Made by a program: the position numbers and the translations under genes
The notes under the pieces: model-generated
Told to the model about the DNA's origin: nothing
What the model saw: the letters and a program-made list of their open reading frames with translations, nothing else
Database searches by the model: none
Origin: a virus
Taxonomy: Duplodnaviria > Heunggongvirae > Uroviricota > Caudoviricetes
Direction: 5' to 3' (one strand)
IMG/VR virus record: IMGVR_UViG_2663763534_000006
Length of the DNA stretch: 45,334 bases
Shown here: positions 18,243-28,806 of the stretch, piece by piece
Layout: every line of letters starts with the position of its first letter
Numbering within the stretch: position 1 is the stretch's first letter

Positions 18243-18722
18243 CTTATTATCCTGCATTGTTAAAAACGGCAGAATCCTATGTGACAACAATTAAACGATA
18301 GTTAAATGGATTGATGAAAATTAAAACTACACAGGTGGGCTCAGACTATTGGAGGAAGTTGGGGACACTCAGAATCCTGTGGAATGAAATAAACCGGTCT
18401 ATCCGTCCATTACCCTTTTAGCTGCGCTGTATCGTCGCCGTATTCCCGCATTAACCATGACCGTAGCCCGACGGGGAATTCCTTCTGCGTGAGTGTGCGG
18501 GAATAATTAAAAACGATGCACACCGGGTTTTTACCGCGTTAATGATTCGCGGGTTTATCCCGGTGCGATGGTGGAAGAAACAGGAAGCTGTATTACAGAA
18601 AGTGCTACTACTGTATCCCGATGCGATGTATGTAATGTGAGTCAGATAATGGCACAGGATGTGGTGATGTGGCAGTCTGGAACACAGGATATATTGTCAG
18701 AATAAGACCCGTAGGAATAAAA

Positions 18723-19049
18723 ATGAAAAGACGCCTTTTACTACTTTTTCTGTTATCTGTCCTGGCAGTGGGATGCTCGCAGCAAAAAGCTGATGAGCCC
18801 CGGCAATTAGTGACGGTGTATCCACGATATCCGGAATATGCTGCAGCAAATTATATCAAGGGGCTGGTTGAGGTTAAGTTCGATATTGGTGCTGATGGGA
18901 CTGTGACACGGATCGTTTTTCTCCGCTCAGAGCCTCATAATTTGTTTCGTGATGAAGTGGTGAAGGCCATGGCGAAATGGCGATTTGAAAAGAATCGCCC
19001 CTGTCAGGGAGTGAAGAGACAATTTATCTTTACGCCGTCACGTCCTTGA
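18723..19049 (+). CDS. Putative lipoprotein / envelope protein
   Basis: Start MKRRLLLLFLLSVLAVGC (lipobox); position corresponds to the putative envelope-protein gene right of bor in lambda. Confidence 0.6.
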   Translation: MKRRLLLLFLLSVLAVGCSQQKADEPRQLVTVYPRYPEYAAANYIKGLVEVKFDIGADGTVTRIVFLRSEPHNLFRDEVVKAMAKWRFEKNRPCQGVKRQFIFTPSRP

Positions 19050-19171
19050 TGCTTCCAGGTAGAGAGGGGCTGGAAGCAGGAGAAAAATGAAAGAGCCAGC
19101 GGTTATATTTTTGTCATGGCTGACGAGGAATGATGGAAGAAGGCGTTGTATGCCACACAACGCCTCACTGT

Positions 19172-19525
19172 TCATTTCTTCTTTTTCTCTGGTGGAACCC
19201 GATGAATAAGAGTTGCACTGGTTTCCGATGAGATGGCGATATACTCGGGCAAAGTATGCTGGCAGTTTTCCAACTGGTCAAAAATACCTGCTCTCGTCTG
19301 TTGCAATGCCTGCAGCATGCGGCGGCAATGCGCCTTGCTTTTACTAACCATCTTTCCTTCCTCTATCAGTCGCTGCGTGAACTCATCATGGAATACCAGG
19401 TAAATGCGGATGTTATCGGTTTTGGCTACGCAGCATAGTACAAAACGGACAGGTGCATCCCGGGACGGGGGAGGCGTCACATGTCCCTGTGATGGTTGTT
19501 CCGGGTAATGTACTGTGTGGGGCAT
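19172..19525 (-). CDS. Hypothetical protein (overlaps the preceding call)
   Basis: 117-aa ORF in a different frame overlapping 19413..19525; lysine-rich C-terminus; may be the C-terminal part of a frameshifted gene. Confidence 0.25.
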   Translation of the reverse strand: MPHTVHYPEQPSQGHVTPPPSRDAPVRFVLCCVAKTDNIRIYLVFHDEFTQRLIEEGKMVSKSKAHCRRMLQALQQTRAGIFDQLENCQHTLPEYIAISSETSATLIHRVPPEKKKK

Positions 19526-19664
19526 AAAAATGTCCGATAATTTTACTTTCTACCGCAGTTAGTTGATTCGTTGGTCCTGGTAGCACATTGGGCGAGGATT
19601 TAAATGCCAGGCAACTGAAGGATGATGTCGCAAGGGAGATAGCGAGAATATTTCTGATTTTCAT
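19413..19664 (-). CDS. Hypothetical secreted Cys-rich small protein
   Basis: Internal start MKIRNILAISLATSSFSCLA (signal-peptide-like); overlaps the 19172..19525 ORF, so at most one is real, or the gene is frameshifted. Confidence 0.3.
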   Translation of the reverse strand: MKIRNILAISLATSSFSCLAFKSSPNVLPGPTNQLTAVESKIIGHFYAPHSTLPGTTITGTCDASPVPGCTCPFCTMLRSQNR

Positions 19665-19779
19665 TTGATGATGCCTCTGTGTGAAATGACGGTAAACGAC
19701 GCACTTGTGCCGGCACATAATAGCAAGCACCATAATAGATCAGATTCGATTCTTGCTGTAAGTGATAATTATTCTCGTT

Positions 19780-19990
19780 TTCGGGTCCTTTCCGTCGATC
19801 CAACAGGTTACGGGGCGGCGACCTCGCGGTTTTTCACTATTTATGAAAATTTTTCAGGGAAAATCGTGTCGGTACTTCTCGAATATAACTTTTTGTTTTT
19901 TTTAATATTGCATCCGTAAAGGTCCGACATGAAAGTGTCCGAAAATGCCTTTTTCTGGCGTTTTCATGTCGGGCCTTGTATTTGATAATG
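19780..19990 (+). other. cos site (cosQ-cosN-cosB); cosN 12-nt cohesive end at 19813..19824
   Basis: GGGCGGCGACCTCGCGGTTTTTCACTATTTATGAAAATTTT closely matches the lambda cos sequence; about 180 bp upstream of the Nu1 start, as in lambda. Confidence 0.75.
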
Positions 19991-20000
19991 GGTTGTTTTC

Positions 20001-20549
20001 ATGAAGGTTAATAAAAAGAGGCTTGCCGAAATTTTCAACGTGGACCCGCGGACGATTGAACGCTGGCAGTCTCAGGGGCTCCCTTGCGTCTCCAAAGGCA
20101 GTAAGGGCATTGAATCTGTATTTGATACTGCCATGGCAATTCAGTGGTATGCGCAGAGGGAAACTGATATCGAAAACGAAAAGCTCCGCAAAGAACTGGC
20201 CGATTTGCGTGCGGCAGCGGAGTCAGATTTACAACCCGGCACCATTGACTATGAACGCTACCGGCTCACAAAAGCGCAGGCAGATGCGCAGGAACTGAAA
20301 AATGCCCGTGAAGACGGAGTGGTGCTGGAAACTGAACTGTTTACCTTCATTCTGCAACGTGTGGCACAGGAGATTTCGGGGATACTTGTGCGTGTGCCGT
20401 TGACATTACAGCGTAAATATCCGGACATTTCACCATCACACCTTGATGTGGTGAAAACTGAAATCGCGAAAGCCTCCAATGTTGCAGCTAAGGCCGGTGA
20501 AAACGTGGGCGGGTGGATCGATGATTTCAGACGCGCAGAAGGCAGCTAA
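20001..20549 (+). CDS. nu1: Terminase small subunit
   Basis: 182-aa ORF starting [28 protein letters not shown] (winged-HTH), similar to lambda Nu1. Confidence 0.9.
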   Translation: MKVNKKRLAEIFNVDPRTIERWQSQGLPCVSKGSKGIESVFDTAMAIQWYAQRETDIENEKLRKELADLRAAAESDLQPGTIDYERYRLTKAQADAQELKNAREDGVVLETELFTFILQRVAQEISGILVRVPLTLQRKYPDISPSHLDVVKTEIAKASNVAAKAGENVGGWIDDFRRAEGS

Positions 20550-22449
20550 TGCAGCCGGTGCGATAGCTACAGGGCTTTTATCTCTCATTATTCCTGTTCC
20601 ACTGACGACAGTTCAGTGGGCCAATAAACATTATTACCTTCCTAAAGAGTCGTCTTATACCCCGGGGCGATGGGAAACACTGCCGTTTCAGGTTGGCATC
20701 ATGAACTGTATGGGCAACGATCTGATTCGCACGGTTAACCTGATTAAATCTGCCCGTGTTGGTTATACAAAGATGTTGCTGGGAGTGGAGGCTTATTTTA
20801 TTGAGCATAAATCACGCAACAGCCTTCTTTTTCAGCCCACGGACTCAGCTGCTGAAGATTTTATGAAATCTCATGTTGAGCCAACGATAAGGGATGTTCC
20901 TGCATTGCTGGAGCTGGCTCCATGGTTCGGAAGAAAACACCGCGATAATACGCTCACCCTGAAGCGTTTTTCCTCCGGTGTGGGGTTCTGGTGTCTGGGT
21001 GGTGCGGCAGCAAAAAACTACCGTGAAAAATCCGTGGATGTGGTCTGTTATGACGAGCTTTCCTCGTTCGAACCGGATGTTGAAAAAGAGGGTTCGCCAA
21101 CCCTGCTGGGGGATAAACGTATTGAGGGCTCTGTATGGCCAAAATCCATTCGCGGCTCGACGCCTAAAATCAAAGGCTCCTGCCAGATCGAAAAAGCCGC
21201 TAACGAGTCGGCACACTTCATGCGTTTTTATGTGCCCTGTCCGCACTGTGGGGAGGAGCAGTATCTGAAATTTGGCGATGATGCCTCGCCTTTCGGTCTT
21301 AAGTGGGAGAAGAATAAGCCAGAAAGTGTTTTCTACCTTTGTGAGCATCATGGCTGTGTGATCCATCAGTCTGAGCTTGACCAGAGTAACGGGCGGTGGA
21401 TCTGTGAAAACACGGGCATGTGGACCCGTGACGGCCTGATGTTTTTCAGCGCCCGGGGTGATGAAATTCCGCCGCCGCGCTCCATCACTTTCCATATCTG
21501 GACGGCGTACAGTCCGTTCACCACCTGGGTACAGATTGTCTATGACTGGCTGGATGCACTGAAAGATCCCAACGGCCTGAAAACCTTTGTGAACACCACG
21601 CTGGGCGAGACCTGGGAAGAGGCTGTGGGCGAAAAACTCGATCACCAGGTGCTGATGGATAAGGTTGTGCGTTACACGGCGGCGGTGCCTGCCCGGGTGG
21701 TTTATCTGACGGCGGGCATTGACTCGCAGCGAAACCGTTTTGAGATGTATGTCTGGGGATGGGCTCCGGGAGAGGAAGCCTTTCTGGTGGATAAAATCAT
21801 CATTATGGGGCGTCCCGATGAGGAAGAGACGCTGTTACGTGTGGATGCGGCGATCAACAAAAAATACCGCCATGCAGACGGAACCGAAATGACCATTTCC
21901 CGTGTCTGCTGGGACATCGGGGGGATCGATGGCGAAATCGTTTATCAGAGGTCAAAAAAACACGGTGTTTTCCGGGTGCTGCCGGTAAAAGGCGCATCTG
22001 TCTATGGCAAGCCGGTGATCACCATGCCAAAAACCCGCAATCAGCGGGGCGTGTATCTGTGTGAAGTGGGGACGGACACCGCAAAAGAAATTCTCTATGC
22101 CCGTATGAAAGCCGATCCCACGCCTGTGGATGAAGCCACGTCGTATGCTATCCGTTTTCCTGATGATCCGGAGATTTTTTCGCAGACAGAGGCGCAGCAA
22201 CTGGTCGCGGAAGAGCTTGTGGAGAAGTGGGAAAAAGGAAAGATGCGTCTGCTGTGGGATAACAAAAAGCGGCGTAACGAAGCGCTGGACTGCCTGGTGT
22301 ATGCCTACGCGGCATTACGTGTGTCCGTGCAACGCTGGCAGCTTGATCTGGCTGTACTGGCAAAATCCCGGGAAGAAGAGACGACCCGGCCAACCCTTAA
22401 AGAACTGGCAGCGAAGCTGTCCGGAGGAGTGAATGGTTACAGTCGCTGA
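20521..22449 (+). CDS. A: Terminase large subunit
   Basis: Start at the ATG overlapping the Nu1 3' end; strong similarity to lambda gpA along its length (e.g. [32 protein letters not shown]). Confidence 0.95.
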   Translation: MISDAQKAANAAGAIATGLLSLIIPVPLTTVQWANKHYYLPKESSYTPGRWETLPFQVGIMNCMGNDLIRTVNLIKSARVGYTKMLLGVEAYFIEHKSRNSLLFQPTDSAAEDFMKSHVEPTIRDVPALLELAPWFGRKHRDNTLTLKRFSSGVGFWCLGGAAAKNYREKSVDVVCYDELSSFEPDVEKEGSPTLLGDKRIEGSVWPKSIRGSTPKIKGSCQIEKAANESAHFMRFYVPCPHCGEEQYLKFGDDASPFGLKWEKNKPESVFYLCEHHGCVIHQSELDQSNGRWICENTGMWTRDGLMFFSARGDEIPPPRSITFHIWTAYSPFTTWVQIVYDWLDALKDPNGLKTFVNTTLGETWEEAVGEKLDHQVLMDKVVRYTAAVPARVVYLTAGIDSQRNRFEMYVWGWAPGEEAFLVDKIIIMGRPDEEETLLRVDAAINKKYRHADGTEMTISRVCWDIGGIDGEIVYQRSKKHGVFRVLPVKGASVYGKPVITMPKTRNQRGVYLCEVGTDTAKEILYARMKADPTPVDEATSYAIRFPDDPEIFSQTEAQQLVAEELVEKWEKGKMRLLWDNKKRRNEALDCLVYAYAALRVSVQRWQLDLAVLAKSREEETTRPTLKELAAKLSGGVNGYSR

Positions 22450-22639
22450 ACTGCAGGCGCTGCGTCAGGCGCGCCTTGATTTATTAACCGGTAAACGGGT
22501 GGTGTCTGTCCAGAAAGATGGTCGCAGAATTGAATATACGGCGGCTTCTCTGGATGAGCTTAACCGGGCGATCAATGATGCGGAGTCGGTACTGGGGACA
22601 ACCCGGTGTCGCCGTCGTCCGCTGGGAGTGAGGTTATGA
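22433..22639 (+). CDS. W: Head-tail joining protein W
   Basis: 68-aa ORF with LLTGKRVVSVQKDGRRIEYTAASLDEL, lambda gpW-like. Confidence 0.8.
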   Translation: MVTVAELQALRQARLDLLTGKRVVSVQKDGRRIEYTAASLDELNRAINDAESVLGTTRCRRRPLGVRL

Positions 22640-24228
22640 AACGAACGCCTGTCCTGATTGATGTGAACGGCGTTCCGCTTCGTGAGAGTCTCAGCTACAA
22701 CGGGGGCGGTGCAGGATTTGGCGGGCAAATGGCTGAGTGGTTGCCACCGGCGCAGAGTGCCGATGCGGCCCTGCTGCCCGCGTTGCGTCTGGGGAATGCC
22801 CGGGCAGATGATCTGGTGCGCAATAACGGAATAGCGGCTAATGCGGTGGCTCTGCATAAGGATCACATTGTCGGGCATATGTTTCTGATCAGCTACCGTC
22901 CGAACTGGCGCTGGCTGGGGATGCGGGAGACCGCAGCAAAAAGCTTTGTCGATGAGGTGGAGGCGGCCTGGTCGGAATACGCCGAAGGGATGTTTGGCGA
23001 GATCGACGTGGAAGGAAAACGCACGTTCACGGAATTTATCCGTGAAGGTGTGGGCGTTCATGCGTTTAACGGCGAAATCTTTGTGCAGCCGGTCTGGGAT
23101 ACGGAAACCACGCAGTTATTCCGTACGCGTTTTAAAGCCGTGAGTCCGAAACGGGTGGACACGCCTGGACACGGTATGGGGAACCGTTTTCTGCGGGCCG
23201 GTGTGGAGGTCGATCGATATGGCCGTGCCGTCGCGTACCATATCTGTGAGGATGATTTTCCGTTCTCTGGTAGTGGACGATGGGAACGGATCCCGCGTGA
23301 ACTTCCCACTGGGCGTCCGGCCATGCTGCATATTTTCGAGCCGGTGGAGGACGGGCAGACCCGTGGGGCTAATCAGTTTTACAGCGTCATGGAACGGCTG
23401 AAGATGCTCGATTCCCTGCAGGCAACACAGCTTCAGTCGGCCATAGTGAAGGCGATGTATGCAGCGACGATTGAAAGTGAACTTGATACCGAAAAGGCCT
23501 TTGAATATATCGCCGGCGCGCCACAGGAGCAGAAGGATAATCCGCTTATTAATATTCTGGAGAAGTTTTCCAGCTGGTATGACACGAATAACGTGACACT
23601 GGGCGGTGTCAAAATTCCGCACCTTTTCCCTGGTGATGATCTGAAACTACAGACTGCGCAGGATTCAGACAATGGATTTTCTGCGCTTGAACAGGCGCTG
23701 CTGCGGTATATCGCCGCCGGTCTTGGCGTTTCCTACGAACAGTTGTCCCGTGATTACTCGAAGGTCAGTTACTCAAGTGCCCGCGCCTCCGCCAATGAGT
23801 CGTGGCGCTATTTTATGGGGCGGCGAAAATTTATTGCGGCCCGGCTGGCCACGCAGATGTTTTCCTGCTGGCTGGAAGAGGCACTTCTTCGGGGGATTAT
23901 TCGTCCGCCACGGGCACGTTTTGATTTTTATCAGGCGCGATCAGCCTGGTCACGGGCAGAGTGGATTGGTGCCGGAAGAATGGCCATTGACGGGCTCAAG
24001 GAAGTCCAGGAATCAGTGATGCGCATTGAGGCCGGACTGAGCACGTATGAGAAAGAGCTGGCGCTGATGGGCGAGGATTATCAGGACATTTTCCGCCAGC
24101 AGGTCAGGGAATCTGCTGAGCGGCAAAAAGCCGGACTCTCACGTCCGGTGTGGATAGAGCAGGCGTATCAGCAGCAGATAGCGGAGAGTCGTAGGCCGGA
24201 AGAGGAGACAACACCACGTGAGACGTAA
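22636..24228 (+). CDS. B: Portal protein
   Basis: Start MKRTPVLIDV, ATGA-coupled to W; extensive similarity to lambda gpB. Confidence 0.95.
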   Translation: MKRTPVLIDVNGVPLRESLSYNGGGAGFGGQMAEWLPPAQSADAALLPALRLGNARADDLVRNNGIAANAVALHKDHIVGHMFLISYRPNWRWLGMRETAAKSFVDEVEAAWSEYAEGMFGEIDVEGKRTFTEFIREGVGVHAFNGEIFVQPVWDTETTQLFRTRFKAVSPKRVDTPGHGMGNRFLRAGVEVDRYGRAVAYHICEDDFPFSGSGRWERIPRELPTGRPAMLHIFEPVEDGQTRGANQFYSVMERLKMLDSLQATQLQSAIVKAMYAATIESELDTEKAFEYIAGAPQEQKDNPLINILEKFSSWYDTNNVTLGGVKIPHLFPGDDLKLQTAQDSDNGFSALEQALLRYIAAGLGVSYEQLSRDYSKVSYSSARASANESWRYFMGRRKFIAARLATQMFSCWLEEALLRGIIRPPRARFDFYQARSAWSRAEWIGAGRMAIDGLKEVQESVMRIEAGLSTYEKELALMGEDYQDIFRQQVRESAERQKAGLSRPVWIEQAYQQQIAESRRPEEETTPRET

Positions 24229-25723
24229 TCTTTCACACATTATTGCCGCAGCATTCAATGAACCGCTGCTTCTGGAGCCCGCCTATGCGCGGGTTTTCTT
24301 TTGCGCGCTCGGGCGCGAGATGGGGGCAGCAAGTCTTTCGGTACCACAACAGCAGGTACAGTTTGATGCTCCCGGAATGCTGGCTGAAACGGACGAGTAC
24401 ATGGCCGGAGGTAAACGACCGGCCCGTGTTTACCGGGTGGTGAACGGTATTGCTGTACTGCCGGTGACCGGCACGCTGGTGCACCGGCTGGGTGGTATGC
24501 GGCCATTTTCCGGAATGACAGGCTATGACGGCATTGTCGCCTGTCTTCAGCAGGCAATGGCGGATAGCCAGGTGCGGGGCGTACTGCTGGACATTGACAG
24601 TCCGGGCGGGCAGGCCGCCGGCGCGTTTGACTGCGCTGACATGATTTACCGCCTCCGTCAGCAGAAGCCGGTCTGGGCACTGTGCAATGACACGGCCTGT
24701 TCTGCAGCCATGCTGCTGGCGTCGGCCTGCTCCCGACGGCTGGTTACCCAGACATCCCGTATCGGCTCCATTGGCGTGATGATGAGCCATGTCAGCTATG
24801 CCGGTCATCTGGCGCAGGCCGGTGTGGATATCACGCTGATTTACTCAGGGGCGCACAAGGTGGATGGCAATCAGTTTGAAGCGTTGCCGGCAGAGGTTCG
24901 CCAGGACATGCAGCAGCGGATTGATGCGGCGCGCCGGATGTTTGCCGAAAAAGTGGCGATGTATACCGGTCTGTCTGTTGATGCCGTCACGGGAACAGAG
25001 GCTGCCGTTTTTGAAGGTCAGTCCGGCATTGAGGCCGGGCTGGCGGATGAATTAATCAATGCGTCGGATGCCATCAGTGTGATGGCCACGGCGCTGAACA
25101 GTAATGTCAGAGGAGGCACTATGCCGCAATTAACTGCAACGGAAGCCGCCGCGCAGGAGAACCAGCGAGTGATGGGGATCCTGACATGCCAGGAAGCGAA
25201 AGGACGTGAACAGCTTGCCACGATGCTGGCAGGACAACAGGGCATGAGCGTTGAACAGGCCCGGGCGATTCTGGCCGCGGCGGCACCGCAGCAGCCGGTG
25301 GCATCCACGCAGAGTGAAGCCGATCGCATTATGGTGTGTGAAGAAGCGAACGGTCGTGAACAACTGGCGGCAACGCTGGCGGCGATGCCGGAGATGACGG
25401 TGGAAAAAGCCCGCCCGATCCTGGCTGCTTCACCGCAGGCGGATGCCGGACCATCACTCCGTGATCAGATCATGGCACTGGATGAGGCAAAAGGGGCTGA
25501 GGCGCAGGCTGAACAGCTGGCTGCCTGCCCGGGAATGACAGTGGAGAGCGCCCGGGCTGTGCTGGCTGCGGGATCAGGTAAGGCAGAACCGGTCTCTGCA
25601 TCCACAACCGCCATGTTTGAACATTTCATGGCGAACCATTCACCGGCAGCGGTACAGGGTGGCGTGGCACAGACGTCAGCAGACGGTGATGCGGACGTGA
25701 AAATGCTCATGGCCATGCCATGA
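24218..25723 (+). CDS. C: Head maturation protease / scaffold (S49 peptidase family; Nu3-like C-terminal region)
   Basis: 501-aa ORF starting MRRNLSHIIAAAFNEPLLLEPAYARVFFCALG, lambda gpC-like; C-terminal region carries three tandem about 35-aa repeats. Confidence 0.9.
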   Translation: MRRNLSHIIAAAFNEPLLLEPAYARVFFCALGREMGAASLSVPQQQVQFDAPGMLAETDEYMAGGKRPARVYRVVNGIAVLPVTGTLVHRLGGMRPFSGMTGYDGIVACLQQAMADSQVRGVLLDIDSPGGQAAGAFDCADMIYRLRQQKPVWALCNDTACSAAMLLASACSRRLVTQTSRIGSIGVMMSHVSYAGHLAQAGVDITLIYSGAHKVDGNQFEALPAEVRQDMQQRIDAARRMFAEKVAMYTGLSVDAVTGTEAAVFEGQSGIEAGLADELINASDAISVMATALNSNVRGGTMPQLTATEAAAQENQRVMGILTCQEAKGREQLATMLAGQQGMSVEQARAILAAAAPQQPVASTQSEADRIMVCEEANGREQLAATLAAMPEMTVEKARPILAASPQADAGPSLRDQIMALDEAKGAEAQAEQLAACPGMTVESARAVLAAGSGKAEPVSASTTAMFEHFMANHSPAAVQGGVAQTSADGDADVKMLMAMP

Positions 25724-25759
25724 AGTCAGTGCTGACCATCAATAGGAGGTTTTTACAAT

Positions 25760-26107
25760 ATGGTGACGAAAACCATCACTGAACAGCGTGCGGAAGTACG
25801 TATTTTTGCCGGTAATGATCCGGCTCATACCGCCACAGGCAGCAGCGGGATTTCCTCGCCAACACCGGCACTGACGCCCCTGATGCTGGATGAAGCCACC
25901 GGGAAACTGGTGGTCTGGGACGGACAGAAAGCCGGTAGTGCGGTTGGCATACTGGTACTGCCGCTTGAAGGCACAGAGACGGCGCTGACGTATTACAAGT
26001 CGGGAACCTTTGCGACGGAGGCAATCCACTGGCCTGAAAGTGTGGATGAACACAAAAAGGCCAACGCCTTTGCTGGCAGTGCCCTGAGTCACGCGGCGCT
26101 GCCGTAA
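25760..26107 (+). CDS. D: Head decoration protein D
   Basis: 115-aa ORF with DPAHTAT...TPLMLD...FYKSGTF pattern of lambda gpD. Confidence 0.85.
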   Translation: MVTKTITEQRAEVRIFAGNDPAHTATGSSGISSPTPALTPLMLDEATGKLVVWDGQKAGSAVGILVLPLEGTETALTYYKSGTFATEAIHWPESVDEHKKANAFAGSALSHAALP

Positions 26108-26164
26108 CACGTTATCAGGCCACCGCGGTGGCCTGACTGATTTCTGAATGAAAGGAACTGATTT

Positions 26165-27193
26165 ATGGGATTGTTTACGACCCGCCAGTTACTCGGTTAT
26201 ACCGAACAAAAAGTTAAATTTCGTGCGCTGTTTCTGGAGCTGTTTTTCCGCCGTACGGTGAATTTCCATACCGAAGAGGTGATGCTGGACAAAATTACCG
26301 GAAAAACGCCGGTGGCGGCCTATGTCTCCCCGGTTGTTGAAGGAAAAGTGCTGCGTCATCGTGGTGGTGAAACCCGCGTGTTGCGTCCGGGCTACGTCAA
26401 GCCGAAACACGAATTTAATTACCAGCAGGCGGTTGAGCGCCTTCCTGGTGAAGATCCATCTCAACTGAATGATCCGGCTTACCGCCGTCTGCGTATCATT
26501 ACCGATAACCTCAAACAGGAAGAGCACGCGATTGTCCAGGTGGAAGAAATGCAGGCGGTAAATGCTGTGTTGTATGGCAAATACACCATGGAAGGAGACC
26601 AGTTCGAGAAAATTGAGGTCGATTTTGGCAGGTCGACGAAGAATAACATCACTCAGGGTAGTGGTAAGGAGTGGTCAAAACAGGATCGTGACACGTTCGA
26701 TCCTACACATGATATTGACCTCTACTGCGACCTGGCCAGCGGTCTTGTGAATATTGCCATTATGGACGGTACCGTCTGGCGTCTTCTGAATGGTTTTAAG
26801 CTGTTCCGCGAAAAACTGGATACCCGTCGCGGTTCAAATTCTCAACTCGAAACGGCAGTGAAAGATCTGGGCGCAGTGGTGTCCTTCAAGGGGTATTACG
26901 GCGATCTGGCCATTGTGGTGGCGAAAACGTCTTATATAGCAGAAGACGGTATCGAAAAACGTTATCTTCCAGATGGCATGCTGGTTCTGGGGAATACTGC
27001 TGCAGATGGGATCCGTTGTTACGGTGCCATTCAGGATGCTCAGGCGTTGTCCGAAGGTGTGGTGGCCTCTTCCCGTTATCCGAAACACTGGCTGACGGTA
27101 GGGGATCCCGCCCGTGAATTTACCATGACGCAGTCCGCGCCGCTGATGGTGTTGCCGGACCCGGATGAGTTTGTGGTGGTACAGGTGAAATAA
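26165..27193 (+). CDS. E: Major capsid protein E
   Basis: 342-aa ORF with strong similarity to lambda gpE (e.g. GYVKPKHE, TRRGSNS-LETAVKDLG, GDPAREFTM-QSAPLM). Confidence 0.95.
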   Translation: MGLFTTRQLLGYTEQKVKFRALFLELFFRRTVNFHTEEVMLDKITGKTPVAAYVSPVVEGKVLRHRGGETRVLRPGYVKPKHEFNYQQAVERLPGEDPSQLNDPAYRRLRIITDNLKQEEHAIVQVEEMQAVNAVLYGKYTMEGDQFEKIEVDFGRSTKNNITQGSGKEWSKQDRDTFDPTHDIDLYCDLASGLVNIAIMDGTVWRLLNGFKLFREKLDTRRGSNSQLETAVKDLGAVVSFKGYYGDLAIVVAKTSYIAEDGIEKRYLPDGMLVLGNTAADGIRCYGAIQDAQALSEGVVASSRYPKHWLTVGDPAREFTMTQSAPLMVLPDPDEFVVVQVK

Positions 27194-27202
27194 TCCGTGA
27201 GC

Positions 27203-27230
27203 GGGGGCGAAATGCCCCCGTGTCTTTTTT
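27203..27230 (+). terminator. Intrinsic terminator/attenuator after E
   Basis: Hairpin GGGGGCgaaatGCCCCC followed by GTGTCTTTTTT. Confidence 0.4.
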
Positions 27231-27244
27231 CACAGGGGGCTGAT

Positions 27245-27619
27245 ATGGCAACGAAAGAGCAAAATCTGAAACGGCTTGATGAACTGGCCCTGATTCTGGG
27301 GCGTGAGCCGGATATATCCGGGAGTGCCGCAGAGATAGCGCAGCGGGTGGCAGAATGGGAAGAGGAAATGCAGTCATCCGGCGATGATGTACAGGTTATG
27401 AATATGGATATCCGGGAGCGGGAAACCGCGGCTCATGATGTTCGTGAGGAAACATCCGGCGCGTTAACGCGCATCAGAGTTCTGACCTGCCTCCATCTCT
27501 GTGGCGTTGATGGTGAAACGGGGGAATCCGTTGAGCTTGCGGATGTTGGTCGGGTGATTCTGATTATGTCCTCAGATGCAAAAACACACGTTGATGGTGG
27601 AATGGCTGTTTATGCGTGA
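27245..27619 (+). CDS. FI: DNA packaging protein FI
   Basis: Start MATKEQNLKRLDEL; position and size as lambda FI. Confidence 0.75.
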   Translation: MATKEQNLKRLDELALILGREPDISGSAAEIAQRVAEWEEEMQSSGDDVQVMNMDIRERETAAHDVREETSGALTRIRVLTCLHLCGVDGETGESVELADVGRVILIMSSDAKTHVDGGMAVYA

Positions 27620-27965
27620 TTTTCAGAATGCCTTTGATGCCGCCCTTGCCGGGGTGGACAGTACGATTGTTGAAGTGATGGGCATCAGTGCGCAGTTCAC
27701 CTCCGGTGCACAGCGTGGCGGCGAGGTTCATGGCGTTTTTGACGATCCGGAGTCGCTGGGTTTTGCCAGTAGTGGGATCCGTATTGAAGGAAGTAACCCG
27801 TCATTATTTGTGCTTACGGATACGGTTTGTGCTGTACGGCGTGGTGACACGCTGACCATTAACGGCGAGATGTTCTGGGTGGACCGTGTTTCTCCGGATG
27901 ACGGAGGGAGTTGTTATCTCTGGCTCAACCGGGGGCAACCACCTGCCGCCAGCCGTCGCCGCTGA
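27612..27965 (+). CDS. FII: Head-tail connector FII
   Basis: Start MRDFQNAFDAALAGV overlapping the FI stop; C-terminal DRVSPDDGGSCYLWL matches lambda FII. Confidence 0.85.
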   Translation: MRDFQNAFDAALAGVDSTIVEVMGISAQFTSGAQRGGEVHGVFDDPESLGFASSGIRIEGSNPSLFVLTDTVCAVRRGDTLTINGEMFWVDRVSPDDGGSCYLWLNRGQPPAASRRR

Positions 27966-27976
27966 AAGGGGGATGT

Positions 27977-28555
27977 ATGGCCATAAAAGGTCTTGAGCAG
28001 GCCGTTGAAAACCTCAGCCGTATCAGCAAAACGGCAGTGCCTGGTGCCGCCGCAATGGCCATTAACCGCGTTGCTTCATCCGCGATATCGCAGTCGGCGT
28101 CACTGGTTGCCCGTGAGACAAAGGTACGCCGGAAACTGGTAAAGGAAAGGGCCAGGCTGAAAAGGGCCACGGTCAAAAATCCGCAGGCCAGAATCAAAGT
28201 TAACCGGGGGGATTTGCCCGTAATCAGGCTGGGTAACGCGCGGGTTGTCCTGTCCCGACGCAGGCGTCGTAAAAAGGGGCAGCGTTCATCCCTGAAAGGT
28301 GGCGGCAGCGTGCTTGTGGTGGGAAACCGTCGTATTCCCGGCGCGTTTATTCAGCAACTGAAAAATGGCCGGTGGCATGTCATGCAGCGTGTGGCCGGGA
28401 AAAACCGTTACCCCATTGATGTGGTGAAAATCCCGATGGCGGTGCCGCTGACCACGGCGTTTAAACAGAATATTGAGCGGATACGGCGTGAGCGTCTTCC
28501 GAAAGAGCTGGGCTATGCGCTGCAGCATCAACTGAGAATGGTAATAAAGCGATGA
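27977..28555 (+). CDS. Z: Tail completion protein Z
   Basis: Start MAIKGLEQAVENLSRISKTAVPGAAAMAINRVASSA; translation matches lambda gpZ. Confidence 0.9.
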   Translation: MAIKGLEQAVENLSRISKTAVPGAAAMAINRVASSAISQSASLVARETKVRRKLVKERARLKRATVKNPQARIKVNRGDLPVIRLGNARVVLSRRRRRKKGQRSSLKGGGSVLVVGNRRIPGAFIQQLKNGRWHVMQRVAGKNRYPIDVVKIPMAVPLTTAFKQNIERIRRERLPKELGYALQHQLRMVIKR

Positions 28556-28806
28556 AACATACTGAACTCCGTGCAGCCGTACTGGATGCACTGGAGAAGC
28601 ATGACACCGGGGCGACGCTTTTTGATGGTCGCCCTGCTGTTTTTGATGAGGAAGATTTTCCGGCAATTGCCGTTTATCTCACCGGCGCTGAATACACGGG
28701 CGAAGAGCTGGACAGCGATACCTGGCAGGCGGAGCTGCATATTGAAGTTTTCCTGCCTGCTCAGGTGCCGGATTCAGAGCTGGATTCGTGGATGGAGTCC
28801 CGGATT
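28552..28806 (+). CDS. U: Tail terminator protein U (3' end lost in N-run)
   Basis: MKHTELRAAVLDALEKHDTGATLFDGRP... matches lambda gpU; ORF runs into the N-run starting at 28807. Confidence 0.8.

Noticed and set aside
20845-21645. 266-aa reverse-strand ORF inside terminase large subunit gene A
   Set aside because: Antisense shadow ORF within a gene that matches lambda gpA along its length.
24233-24808. 191-aa reverse-strand ORF inside head protease gene C
   Set aside because: Antisense shadow ORF within a gene with clear lambda gpC similarity.
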